Part shown: in pieces, positions 10,275 to 21,464 of the stretch | Position numbering within the stretch: the first letter of the stretch is position 1 | Layout of the letters: each line of letters starts with the position of its first letter | Assembly (NCBI RefSeq): GCF_000143415.4 | Contig: NW_003314294.1 | Coordinates: 873,453 to 937,452 of the forward strand | Source: Selaginella moellendorffii | Lineage: Eukaryota > Plantae > Lycopodiophyta | DNA: 64,000 bases | Direction: 5' to 3' | Notes under the pieces: generated by a model | Seen by the model: only the letters and a program-made list of their open reading frames with translations | Databases searched by the model: none | What the model was told of the DNA's origin: nothing | Translations under genes and position numbers: made by a program

Positions 10275-12167
10275 ATGAATCTCTTCTCTGGAAATGCAAG
10301 AGCGACGAGGTACTCACAATCACAGTTCCTGGAGCTCGCGGATCTGGTGCGCGGCATCGCGGAATCCAGAGATTTGCCAAAAGCGCAGCACGTCCACGCC
10401 CGGATCATGGCGAGCGACCATCGCGAGGACCGGGTTTTGCTCAATCTCCTGGTGGACATGTACGGCAAGTGTGGCGATCTCCCAGCGGCAGCGGCGCTCT
10501 TCGATCGAATCCCTCGCAGGAACGTCTTCTCGTGGAACGTCCTCGTCGGGGCACTTGCCAAGAACAGGGAATTCGATTTCGCGGAGAGCGTGTTCGATCG
10601 AATGCCACAGAGGGATCTGGTGACATGGAATGCGATTCTCGCTGGCAATGCCGAGAGAGGAGATCACCATCGATTGAAAGAGATCTTCGATCGGATGCCA
10701 CAGCGAGACAAGATCTCTTGGAACACGATCGTGGACGCAATTGCCATCACCGGGGTTTTGGAGTTCTCTCGCCTGGTGCTGGAAAAAATGCCCAGCTGGG
10801 ACGTGGTGGGGTGTACGGTCATGGTGGCGGCGTTCGCGGAGGAAGACGATGTACGACACTCCAAGAGGATATTCGACGCAATGCCGTACAGGGACGCGGT
10901 GAGCTGGACCGCCACGCTGACGGCATATGCCCAGAATGGCCACGCTGACGTGGCGTGGATTCTGTTTCGGAAGATGCCCAGCTGGGACCACGTGGCATGG
11001 AACGCGATGATCAAGGCCTCGGCATCCAACGGCCAGGGCTTCGAGGCCAAGGCGCTGTTCGATTCCCTCCCTCTTCGCGACGTGATCTCGTGGAACGCAA
11101 TGGCGGAGGCCTTCGTTGGATCGGGCGAGCTCGATCAAGCGATCGCATTGTTCTTCGAGAAGAGCCCGTGCTGGGATTTCGTCTCAGCCACCGATATGAT
11201 CGTCGCTCTGGCGCTCCATGGCCGGATCGAGGAGGCCAGAGAGGTGATCGATCGATCGCCAGAGCTCAGCACCGTCTCCCTCAACGCGATGATCAGTGGC
11301 TATGCCCAGAATGGGCAGCTCCACCTCGCCAAGTCGCTCTTCGATCGGATGGATCGCCGGGACGTTGTCTCGTGGAATTCGATCATCGCGGCCTATGCCC
11401 AACACGATCGATTGGAGGAAGCTCGCACCACTTTCGCCAAAATGGCCCAGATCGATGTGGTGTCCTGGAACACTCTCTCGCAGGCGCATGCCCTCCACGG
11501 GCATATCAACGAAACCATGGCGATCTTCCAGACGATGGCGAGCAGGAACGTCGTCTCTTTCAACGCGCTGATTGGAATCCTGGCCCAGCACGGGAGCTTC
11601 CGCCAGGCGATGGAGCTCTACTCGCGAATGCCGCAGAGAAACCTCCTGACTTGGAACCACACCATGGCTGCCTGCTCGCAAAATGGAAGCTTCGAGTACC
11701 TGGAGCTCGTCTACCACGACATGAACTTGGAGGGCCTCTCGCCAAACCCGGCCTCCTTCTCGTTGATCCTCACCGGATGCAGCCACACTGGTATCGTTGC
11801 TCGAGGACTGGAGGAGTTTTGCTCCATGGTGGTCGACCATGGAATCTCGCCGACGATCGAGCACTACTGCTGCATGGTGGACGTCTTTGGACGAGCCCGG
11901 CATCTGGATGAAGCCGAGGAGGTTGTCGAGAGCATGCCTTTCGAGCCGGATTCGAGTGCCTGGCTGACTCTCCTATCGGCATCCAAGAGTCACGGGGACT
12001 TCGAGAGGGCGGCTCGAGCGGCTTGGAAGGTGATGGATCTCGATCGGAAGAAATCGTCGCCTTATATACTGTTGTCGAATATGTATGCCGAGGAGGAGGA
12101 AGATAGCATAGAGTTTTTCACACTAGAACGCGAAGGTAGGAGCGTTCTGGCAACCAACAAGGCGTGA
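10275..12167 (+). CDS. PLS-class PPR protein with E domains and acidic tail, no DYW (intronless)
   Basis: First ATG at 10275. Long S-motif array, then PNPASFSLILTGCSHTG, EHYCCMVDVFGRARHLDEAEEVVESMPFEPD and SSPYILLSNMYA. Confidence 0.94.
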   Translation: MNLFSGNARATRYSQSQFLELADLVRGIAESRDLPKAQHVHARIMASDHREDRVLLNLLVDMYGKCGDLPAAAALFDRIPRRNVFSWNVLVGALAKNREFDFAESVFDRMPQRDLVTWNAILAGNAERGDHHRLKEIFDRMPQRDKISWNTIVDAIAITGVLEFSRLVLEKMPSWDVVGCTVMVAAFAEEDDVRHSKRIFDAMPYRDAVSWTATLTAYAQNGHADVAWILFRKMPSWDHVAWNAMIKASASNGQGFEAKALFDSLPLRDVISWNAMAEAFVGSGELDQAIALFFEKSPCWDFVSATDMIVALALHGRIEEAREVIDRSPELSTVSLNAMISGYAQNGQLHLAKSLFDRMDRRDVVSWNSIIAAYAQHDRLEEARTTFAKMAQIDVVSWNTLSQAHALHGHINETMAIFQTMASRNVVSFNALIGILAQHGSFRQAMELYSRMPQRNLLTWNHTMAACSQNGSFEYLELVYHDMNLEGLSPNPASFSLILTGCSHTGIVARGLEEFCSMVVDHGISPTIEHYCCMVDVFGRARHLDEAEEVVESMPFEPDSSAWLTLLSASKSHGDFERAARAAWKVMDLDRKKSSPYILLSNMYAEEEEDSIEFFTLEREGRSVLATNKA

Positions 12168-12243
12168 GTTACATTAGAAGCGCACAAACTTACAAATTTT
12201 CTAACGCGATTGACCGAAATTGGTGTTTGTTCTGCAGAGTTCG

Positions 12244-13881
12244 CTAGAACATCCACTGTGCGTTTTTTCTTCCGTGGTTCGGTTCCGGGTAAGGCAGAGT
12301 TAGTGTTTCTCTCAGCTTGTCCTCGTATAATTGATCAGCAGCCAATGCATCTAAGGAGAACAAAGAAAAAACACGATTTTGGATGACAAACAATTCACAA
12401 AGTGATCACCTTCGTATTCATGGCGAGCGTGTGACTGAGCAACAAGATCAGCGGCTTGTTTGCTCCGTACTTGAGTCTGTAGAGCCTGATACAAGTCTTG
12501 CTTCGACTGTAAAGCAAAAGATCGCATTAGTTTATAAACTTTCAAGATAGAAAAGCATTACCATCTTAGCCTCGAGCGACTGCCTTTGCTTCTCCAGCTC
12601 CATGGCTCTCATCTCAGCCTGTAACTTCTCTAGCTCGATCCGTTTCTCCTCGTCCCGAGTTCTCTGAAGTTGCTCTGGAGAGAAAACAAAAGCATGTAAG
12701 TTGCAGTGATCACCAATCCTTCACGTACCTTTGAACTTGAGCTGTGCCTCTCTCTCCTCATGAACTCTCATCATCAATCTCTTCCTCTTCTCCTCCTGGT
12801 ACTGCTGTTCCTCGTCCTTCCGCCGCCACTCCTCGTCAACCTCCTGCTGGATGATCGCCTCCATCTCGGCATCGTCGGCCATTTGCTTGGCCATCACCTC
12901 CTTGAGATACGCCGCGTACGCCACAGCCTCTTGCCGCTGCTTCTCCCGGAGCTGCCGCTCCTGGTTCTCCTCGGCCCTCTCTCTCTCGCTCACCATGTTG
13001 ACGAGCATGGCGTCCGAGTGCTTCTCATCCATCAGCTCCTTCTTCCGGTTATCCTTGACTTGGTCGTTGTAGCGCATCGTCTCCTGGGATTCCTGCTGGG
13101 CCTTTTGCCGGCGATGGACTTGGAGAGCTCGCAGCTCCGTGTCCTCGTCCTGCCACTTCCTCACCAATTGCCGCATCTCCTCCTCGAACGAATCCCTCTC
13201 CTCGTCTCGGAGCCTCTGGACCAGCGAGATTTGCTCTTGCAAGATCTCCATGGCCTCCTTCTTGCGCGTCTTCTTGAGCATCAGGTCCTGGAGCTCCTCC
13301 TCCTGCGCGCGCTGCCGGTCCAGCTCCATGATCTCCTTGGTCGTCAATCGCTCCTCATCCTGGAGCCGCTTCTTGGCCAGATTTGCCTCGCGCTGCTTCT
13401 TCCGGATCTCCTCCGCCTTGAGCACCGCCATCTTGGAGTTCTGGAGCCGCATGTCGTCGCAGCCCTCCCGGAACACGCGATCCAGCTGCTGGTCGGCGTA
13501 GGTCTTGTCCCTGGCGATTCTTTCCTCCCGGAGCTGCCGCCCTCGGGCCTCAAGCCACGCCCGGCGCTCGCTGAGATTCATCGTCGCCGTGTGGAGCTCG
13601 CAATGCAGCGCCTCCGCCTCCTCCCGGAGCAAATCCCCCAGCCTCTGGCGCTTCTCCGCCAGCTGCCGCGCCTTGAGCGCCATGACCGATTTCTCGCTTT
13701 CCATCTTTGCCCTGAACCGGAGCTTGGGCTCGTTGGATTGCTCGAATTCGGCGCAGCGCATGAGATGCTCGTACTCGTTGACGTGATCCACGCGGGCCTG
13801 CCGCGCCTCCTCATACTGCCGCTGCTTGTAGATCCGGTCCTCGTTCGCCGGGAGGCGCTTGGGATGATAGAACGTCGACAT
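12244..13881 (-). CDS. CFAP53: Cilia- and flagella-associated protein 53 (CCDC11/trichoplein-like coiled coil)
   Basis: Exons 13881-12729, 12674-12562, 12506-12410 and 12350-12244 splice in frame with GT-AG. Motifs EKRQRLGDLLREE...LSERRAWLEARGRQLREE...ADQQLDRVFREGCDDMR parallel CFAP53 (EERRNKLRELL...AEKLDQQFRERCEELR, from recall). Confidence 0.8.
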
Positions 13882-13897
13882 TGCGGGGAAATGCCGA

Positions 13898-14045
13898 TCA
13901 AGAACAACGAAATATCACTCCTGGAGCAAAATCTGCCTCAAGAACAAACGAAATATCAATCCTGGGAGCAAGATCTGCCTAGGGAAACGAAGAATGCCGG
14001 TCAAGAACAAGAGAAGTATTGATCAGGATGCGAGAAATCTAGCCC
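13898..14045. repeat. Imperfect ~41-42-bp tandem repeat (about 3 copies) upstream of the CFAP53 start
   Basis: caagaacaacgaaatatcactcctggagcaaaatctgcct / caagaacaaacgaaatatcaatcctgggagcaagatctgcct / degenerate third copy near 14002. Confidence 0.7.
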
Positions 14046-14314
14046 AGGGGGGGAAGAACCGCGAAGAGGCATCCGGTAGAAACAAGAAAGATATACTGAT
14101 CGATTCAATCTACCAGCGACACGCCGCCGCGATCACGCGATCATCGATTCTACCTACAAGAACCCTAAAAACGAAGAAAGAAGGGCGGAGAGCAGAAAAG
14201 GCGGGCGGACGGTTGAAAGACGAGAGCCCGCGCTCGGTGAGAAGAAACTAGGGCTGACGTGGAGTTAACGGAAATTAACAAACCGGTTAGAGTCCGAGCC
14301 TTTTGTCCCATTTT

Positions 14315-15066
14315 TTAAGCTCCATGTTGGATGGGCTTGAGAGGATGGGCTTTGATCGCAGTTAGATCAAGCGTGGATTCCATTTCGTCGTCCAACTCTC
14401 CTACCACAGCGCTGCCAAGAACAAAAAAATTTTAGATCGATCGAAGAATCGAGAGTTCTTACATGTTGTCGCCTCTAATGATGTACAATCCCAAGACATG
14501 CTGCTCTACTCCAGTCTGGAAGGAAGAAACGATCAAAATCGTCGCAAACTGTTGGGAGTGGAGTGAAAGAGAAAACAAAAAGAGGGACGATCGAGAAAAA
14601 GTGGAAGGATCGGAATGCGAGAAGAAAGACTTTGCGAAAAATCCTGGAAAAGAGCTCAAGGAAAAATCGACAAGGGACGATCGAGAAAGAGTGGAAGGAT
14701 TGGAAGCTCGAAATGCGAGAGAAGAAAGACGCACCGTTGTGGAGTAGACCCTCTCGTGCGATTCATCGATGATCAAGTTCGTCGCTTGATCATATCCCTT
14801 GAGCATTCCCTGGAGAAGAAAAAATCTCGTCCTGTGAGCCGAAATATCGAGACTGGAGATCAATCGGTGGGACGCGAGCGAGCTTACCACGATGTTCCGC
14901 CCATCGTTTGTGATGACAGAGATGAGCTCTGCGAGCAAGAAAACCCTGATTTTTAGCACCAGAACAAGAGCGATCGCGAGAATGATTGGGAGCGAGGGAG
15001 GAGATGGAGGAGCTACTTACGATTGACGAGGTATTCCAAGCCGGTGTCCTTGTTGGCGCTGGCCAT
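14315..15066 (-). CDS. LSM8: Sm-like protein LSM8
   Basis: Exons 15066-15021, 14928-14888, 14809-14735, 14515-14463 and 14411-14315 give MASANKDTGLEYLVNQLISVITNDGRNIVGMLKGYDQATNLIIDESHERVYSTTTGVEQHVLGLYIIRGDNIAVVGELDDE... Confidence 0.95.
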
Positions 15067-15166
15067 TCCCGCTCGAGCCGAGCTTGGAAAGCCCCCTTTA
15101 TGGAAGAACCCTAAAAACTAGCCCTATGCTTCATTTCAAATTCTAGCGAAGGCGCTGGCTGGATGA
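15067..15166. promoter_or_regulatory. 100-bp bidirectional promoter (LSM8/WDR82) with telo-box-like AACCCTAA
   Basis: Divergent ATGs at 15066 and 15167; aaccctaa at ~15106-15114. Confidence 0.65.
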
Positions 15167-16690
15167 ATGGAGATCACGGACGAGCTCGTCGGCACCATGT
15201 TCGCTGGAGCAGTCTTCAAAGATTGTGTGAGTTCTCTGCGCGAGATCTTTCTCATCTCGGCGAGCTGAAAGGATTTTATTTTTTCGCAGGGAGGGAAGAT
15301 TAATTCCCTGGATTTTAATCCTTCCGAGGATCTGCTTGTCACGGCTTGCGACGACGAATCCATTCGTCTCTACGACACTGCAAATGCCAAGTATGATCGA
15401 TTTCCTCCACGCTTGTTGCCGAGATTCTGGGTTTTGCGATTGCTTTCTAGGCTCACAAAGACGACTCAAAGCAAAAAATATGGCGTGGACCAAATTTGCT
15501 TCACGCATTCTTCCCATTCGGTCGTGTGTTCTTCCAAGAATGGATGGGATGGTAAGTTTGTGATTCACAAAAAATCACTTCGAAAAAATTCTCTTTGGTA
15601 TTTTGTTCTCCTAGAGTCCCTGAGATATCTGGATTTGAGCAAGAACACTTACCTACGTTATTTCAAGGGCCATCGAGATAGGTACGATCTCTCCCATTTT
15701 TTTTTGGAGAGAAGAACTTGACTGTGTTGTGGCTTGCTTCTTTCAGAGTTGTTTGCTTATGCGTAAATCCCAAGAGCCAAATTCTTATGTCGGCTTCTCT
15801 AGACAATACCGTGAGAATATGGGACCTGCGATCAAACGTTTGTCATGTCAGTAATAACAGGAGGCTATTTCTTACTTGTTGATTTACCAGTTCCATTTTT
15901 TTGATCTTGTAGGGATTGATTCGCGTGCATGGAAGACCATCCGTAGCTTACGATCACAGTGGACTTGTTTTTGGAGTGAGCATGGACGGGGGTGCCATCA
16001 AACTCTTTGACTCTCGAATTTTCGAAAAGGTGTGTGTTTGAGTTATTGCTTTCTGGTTCTTGTTCTTGTTTGAAGGTTTTCTCTCGTAACAGGGGCCGTT
16101 TGATACGTTTTATATACAAGACTCCACAGCCGAGGTCTCGGGCATGAAGTTTAGCAGCGACGGCAAGCTCATGCTAGCTTCGACCACGGATAGCAATGTT
16201 TATGTGCTGGACGCTTTCAATGGCAAACAGGTCCGTTTCTTGTGATCGTTTTCGAAAGCTTATTTGTTTTTGTTTCATCAGCTTCATGTCCACAAGCTGG
16301 AGCCTTGTCCGGACGGAGGAACTTTGGAAGCTTCGTTCAGTCCCGATGGTCAAGTGATAATATCTGGTAACACTTCTAGCAAATTGTCATCTCAAGGTTG
16401 GCATTGAACTTACAGGTTCTGGAAATGGCACTCTTCATGCATGGAATGCTGTCACGGGTACTGAGGTATGTTTATGTTCTGTTTTGCGAGAGAGAACACA
16501 TCGTTCTTAACTTGAGGAGCATTGACAGATTGCTACCTGGACAAGTAGCGACGGTGTTCCTTCCGTCGTGAAATGGGATCCACGACACTTAATGTTTGCC
16601 AGTGCTGCAAGCGTACTTACGTTTTGGATCCCAGATGTAACCAAGCTCAATACGCCTAGACAATCACATAATCAGTACAACTATTACTAA
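15167..16690 (+). CDS. WDR82: WD40 protein WDR82/Swd2 (COMPASS-like; APRF1/S2L family), multi-exon
   Basis: Spliced peptide MEITDELVGTMFAGAVFKD..GGKINSLDF..DLLVTACDDESIRLYD..SKKYGVDQICFTH..ESLRYLDLSKNTYLRYFKGHRDRVV..SASLDNTVRIWDLR..GPFDTF..LEASFSPDGQ..VLTFWIP; stop TAA at 16688-16690. Confidence 0.93.
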
Positions 16691-16755
16691 GGTACAATCG
16701 TTACAAGACAAGTGCTCTGTACACTTTGGGTCTCCTTTCTTTTTTTTTGTTCCAG

Positions 16756-18272
16756 TTAGCAGCACCGAAGGGCTCTCTCAAACTCCCGATCATCCCTACA
16801 ATTGTAACCGAGGCTGTAAGCTCGAGCTGAATCAACAACATTTGCGTTAGTCAAGCACGCAATGCAAGAACATCACGACGAGTTTTACCAAGTCTGCCAG
16901 TTCCTAGAAACGGTTCCGGTTCTTCTGCTGCTACCAGCTGAGGCCCTTCCTGGTTGACATTCAAACGAGGCTTTAGAACGAAGAACCAGAGAGCACGAAA
17001 CGCTTGCTACTTACGTTCGCCTCGTCCTCCTCTCCATCCTCTTCTTCAACTGGAAACACACAAGGATCAAAACAGCGACCAGAAATCTTACAGACGTTAT
17101 AGTTGGGACTCATGACGATCTCGCGACAGGCATCGCCACAAACTGGAACAAACAACGCGAAGCAGTGAGAAAAGAGGACGACGGACAAGCGATTTTCAAG
17201 CTTACAGTGAGCGCATCCGGTCTTCTCACAGATATAGACATCGCCAATCTGGTGATACGAGCAAGTTCTCCCTGAACAAGTGTGAGAGCCACTGTAAACT
17301 TCCGAGAGTTTGTGACTGCGCCTCCACTGGGTCACCTGGTCGGCAATGGATGGGTCAAACACTCCAAGTTCGTCCTTGATCTGCGAGAACATCCAAGTTC
17401 TGGATGAGTGAAAGAAGAAAAGATTGAAACGATCACCTGTGAAGGAACCGGTGCTTGGCTACGCTTTGCGATCTCCATTTGCAAGTAGTACTCTCGAAAC
17501 TCGGTGTTCCTCAGCGACGCGATCACGTCGGCCTTGTCTTTCTGAAGCAACGAAGTAAAGTTAATCCCATGAGAGGAACAATTTGATCGCATGCCTCAAA
17601 GTAAAGCTGCTTCCACTCGATGCTCGAAAGCTTGCAAAAAGGCGGAGGACCCCATCGAAGAAAATAGCTGCGTTGAATTGTAAGAAAAAAAACTGGTTTC
17701 TTATGATAGAAAAGTAACTCACAGTTTTTTCCAAAGTGTTTCGTCCGAGGCCACACGTCGAAGATAATGGCAAACTTTAGCGCAGCTCGACAAATCCTGG
17801 AACGATCGATCGTAGAAAAATGAAGTGTAGCAAAGGTTTTAAGCAAAGATCTTACCTCTGGCGAGAGGAACTTGAGAATGTTGCGAAACAAATCGGGTGG
17901 GATCTTCCGAAACTCGCCACTCTCGATGCAATCGAGATCCTCGATTCGGCGCTTCTTGGCGAGAGGCTGGATGGATTCTTCTTCCTGCGCAAAGAAGAAG
18001 AACATTAGCATTAGTTCTAAGTTAAAGAAACTAGCAAACCAAACGAAGAACTAAAAGGAATAGAGAAAAAAAATCTATAGAACTGTAGTAGAAAGTAAAA
18101 CCTCTTCTTGCTCCACTGCGAGATCCTCGTCCTCCTCCTCCATCACCTCCGCCTCTAGAAACTGGGCGATTGCATCGTCCTCCTCCTCCTCGCCACCGCC
18201 ATCTTCTTCCAAGCTCGCATCGCCCATCTTTCCCTCCTCCCCCTCATCCTCTTCGCGGGAAAATTCAGCCAT
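16756..18272 (-). CDS. SKIP31: F-box protein SKIP31-like, multi-exon
   Basis: Acidic N-terminus DDAIAQFLEAEV; F-box IPPDLFRNILKFLSPE; FREYYLQMEIAKRSQAP; Cys-rich HTCSGRTCSYHQIGDVYICEKTG..HVCGDAC..VCKISGRCFD; C-terminus ARAYSLGYNC. Confidence 0.88.
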
Positions 18273-18615
18273 AGCCGAAGGGAAAGAAAGAACCCCTCTT
18301 TGCCCCAAAACCCTCAGCTCGCGATCCACCAGCGCTGGCCTCAAGATCGGCGAGATCCGCCCGAGCGCCACTCCCCCGCCAGCGCCACCCTTGGAGCTCA
18401 CCTCCAACGCCATCCCCCTAGCAGCTCTAGAGCTTCCATTTCCCACGTCGCGGCCGCGGGCATTTAAAACGAAGCTCTAGGCCGGGCGCTCCGGCGAGCA
18501 AGAACGAATTCCTTTTGCAAACCGACTCCCTTTTGTACGGCACCTGCACGGAGCCACACGGCAGGGAATATCCTATTTCGTACGGAGAGATGCCTTGCTC
18601 TTCTTCCTCTCGCTG

Positions 18616-20730
18616 ATGCTAAGCAGCGGCGGCGCTGCCATCGACAAGCTCGGCATCGTCTCGATTCTCCGCCAATGCGCGAGCACGCGCGCGATCTCCG
18701 ATGGGCGGCGGATCCACGGGCAGATCGTGGCGGCGGGGCACGGCGGCGACACCCTGCTGTGCAATCTCCTCGTCCAGATGTATGGCAGCTGCGGCAGCGT
18801 CGACGAGGCGATGGCGGTGTTCCTGGACGCGCCCAGCCGCAAGAACATCTTCTCCTGGAGTATCGTCATCACGGTTCTCGTCCACAACGGGGAGATCTCC
18901 ATCGCCAGCGAGGTCTTCCGCAAGATGCCCCAACACTCGCCCTTTTGCTGGAACTCGATGATCCAGGGGTTTGCTCGCAGCGAGCTCATGGAGGAATCCA
19001 AACTCGCGTTCGATGCGATGCCCCAACAGGATCTCATCGCCTGGACGACGCTTATCACTGGATTCGCCGCGACGGGACACTCGATCCACGCGAAGAGGAC
19101 GTTCGATCGGATGCCACAGCACGATCTAGTCTCTTGCAACGCGATGCTCACGGCATTTGCCCAGAATGGTCATCTGGAAGAGGCGCACAGGCTGCGAGAG
19201 GAGATGCCACACAAGGACGTGTTCTCCTGGAACACGATGATCAAAACCCTCGCGGATCAGGGATTGGCGATCCAGGCGAGATCGATGCTCCAGAGAATGC
19301 CCCAGCACAATCTCGTCTCGTGGAACGCCGCGATCCGGGTGTTTGCCAAGAGCGGGCAAATCGCTAACGCGAAAGAGGTGTTTGATTCGTCGTGCGAGAG
19401 GAACGTCGTGTCGTGGACGACGCTGGTGTCCGGATTCGTCACCGCGGGCGCGATCGATCGCGCGAGAGTGATCCTCGATCGAATGCCGCAGCAAAACTCG
19501 GTGTCCTGGAACAATCTCCTCGCGGCGCACGGACAGAACAGGAGGATCGATCTGGCGCTGGCGGCGTTCCAGCGAATCGAGGACAAGAACGTCTACTCGT
19601 GGAACTCGCTGATCCAGGCGTTTGTGGAGGCCGATCGATTGGAGGACGCGAGGAGCCTGTTCGAGAGAATGCCACAGCGGGGATTGCCGTCGTGGAACTC
19701 GATGATCTCCGCCCACGGCGAGGCCGGCGATTGCGCGGCCGCGCGAGAGATCTTCCAGGCCATGCCCGATAGAAACCTAATCTCCTGGAACGCGATGGTC
19801 CAGGCGCTAGCCCTCGAGGGCCATATCCAAGAAGCTCGAGCGGTGTTTGACGCTGCCGGGAATCGAAACGCGAACACCTGGACCACGATGCTCGGGGCAT
19901 ATGCCTCGGGCGGGAGAACCGACGGTGCGATGGGCGTCTTTCAAAAGATGCCGTACCACGACACGGTGGCGTGGACGGCCATGATACACGCCCACGCCAA
20001 GGGCGGGGATTTGCCCGCCGCGCGCCGGATGTTCGACACGTGGCAAGGCAACCACGACGTTGTGGCCTGGAATGCGATGATCGCTGGCTATGCGCAGGAC
20101 GGGCATAGCGGGACGGCGCTAGGGTTCTTCAGGCTCATGGATCTGGAAGGGATCACCCCGAATTCTATCAGCTTTGTGTGCGTGATTGATGCGTGCGCCA
20201 CCGACGCCGCGATTTCCAGGGGAAGAATCGTGCATTCGGTCATCCGCCAGGACGATCCGGCGCAGCTCAGGGTCTCGTTCGTCGCGAATTCGCTGCTCAA
20301 CATGTACGCGAAGTGTGGCAAGCTGGAGGAGGCGCGCGCGGTGTTTGATTCCATGGCGTCCCCAAATATGATGTCCTGGAACGCGATGATCTCGGCGTAT
20401 GCGCAAAACGGCCATAGCTGGGACGCTCTGGATCTCTCCCGCGCCATGGAGCAGCACGGGATCGATCCAAACGGGGTCACATTCGTCAGCAATCTCTTCG
20501 CTTGCAGCCACGCCGGGCTCATCGCGGATGGATGGAGATATTTCACAGCGATCTCGCCAGATTATGGGCTGGAGGTGACGATCGATCACTACATTTCGGT
20601 GATAGATCTACTGGGGCGCGCGGGGCAGACCGATGAGGCCTGCGAATTGATGCACAGCATGCCATTCGAGCCGGATTTTGCCGCCTGGACGACGCTCCTC
20701 TCCTCGTGTAAGACGAGCCTGGAGAACTAA
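18616..20730 (+). CDS. PLS-class PPR protein with truncated E region (intronless)
   Basis: ATG at 18616. S-motif array, then P-L-S triplets and DHYISVIDLLGRAGQ..MPFEPDFAAWTTLLSSCK. The stop comes early in the E domain, immediately before the FY-derived fragments. Confidence 0.92.
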   Translation: MLSSGGAAIDKLGIVSILRQCASTRAISDGRRIHGQIVAAGHGGDTLLCNLLVQMYGSCGSVDEAMAVFLDAPSRKNIFSWSIVITVLVHNGEISIASEVFRKMPQHSPFCWNSMIQGFARSELMEESKLAFDAMPQQDLIAWTTLITGFAATGHSIHAKRTFDRMPQHDLVSCNAMLTAFAQNGHLEEAHRLREEMPHKDVFSWNTMIKTLADQGLAIQARSMLQRMPQHNLVSWNAAIRVFAKSGQIANAKEVFDSSCERNVVSWTTLVSGFVTAGAIDRARVILDRMPQQNSVSWNNLLAAHGQNRRIDLALAAFQRIEDKNVYSWNSLIQAFVEADRLEDARSLFERMPQRGLPSWNSMISAHGEAGDCAAAREIFQAMPDRNLISWNAMVQALALEGHIQEARAVFDAAGNRNANTWTTMLGAYASGGRTDGAMGVFQKMPYHDTVAWTAMIHAHAKGGDLPAARRMFDTWQGNHDVVAWNAMIAGYAQDGHSGTALGFFRLMDLEGITPNSISFVCVIDACATDAAISRGRIVHSVIRQDDPAQLRVSFVANSLLNMYAKCGKLEEARAVFDSMASPNMMSWNAMISAYAQNGHSWDALDLSRAMEQHGIDPNGVTFVSNLFACSHAGLIADGWRYFTAISPDYGLEVTIDHYISVIDLLGRAGQTDEACELMHSMPFEPDFAAWTTLLSSCKTSLEN

Positions 20731-20751
20731 AGTCCATTTGCAATGTAGCGA

Positions 20752-21440
20752 CCTCCGTGGATTACACATTTACCTCCAGGTAGAAATTTTTCTCGTTTTC
20801 TTCACGTACTGTTTTGGTAATTCGAGAATGTTGATAGGTCCGAAGGTGGCAGCGAAACTATACGGGAGCTTATCTCGACAAACCAGCAACGAATTTGAGC
20901 AAAAAGTTCGTGCGCTGCTCGACTAACAAAGTCCGCTGCTCGATCAACAGAGTTTTGGTAAGGGCTCCCAAAGTGGCTGAATGGATTGTCGTTTAACAAA
21001 ATCTCTTCCACAGATCGATGATCTGGAGCCACAGTGAAAATTGGATGTCTCAAGTATGTATTATTATTTCCTTGTGCTATGCTCTTATCTTACATGTTAG
21101 GTATGTAAATACTGAGCTAATAAGTCAGCTCAACGAGATTTAAGGTAACAAACTTCAATTAGAATCACTTCGCGTTTTTTTACTAATCTAAGTACGGCTT
21201 TAAAGTTCTTGTAGTGTTCTGATGACAGAGATCAGATTGATCGTAACATAATGCCGGCGTGGCTTCCGCTCACGAAGAGTTCCTCGTGGAAAGGATGCCA
21301 TGCCAATGCTGCGTTTAGTTCACTTTATGCTGTGAGTTGAAACACTTACCTTGATTACTTATCCCTTCAGCTAGTTAATGCCCGATTACCATTGCTGTAC
21401 TGTATTTTTGTGTTAGCTATGACCTCTATTTCACACAAGA
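20752..21440. pseudogene. Condensed, partly inverted unprocessed copy of FY
   Basis: 20752-21230 matches FY 34070-34930 in the same orientation, including intron pieces (best block 20862-20960 vs 34301-34400). 21254-21440 matches the reverse complement of FY ~35200-35564 (e.g. cgtggcttccgctcacgaagagttcctcgtggaaaggatgccatgccaatgctgc). Confidence 0.9.
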
Positions 21441-21464
21441 AGCATAAGACTTTATGAATTTTAG

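Noticed and set aside
12706-14022. 438-aa Leu-rich + strand ORF
   Set aside because: Antisense shadow of the Glu/Gln/Lys-rich CFAP53 exon.
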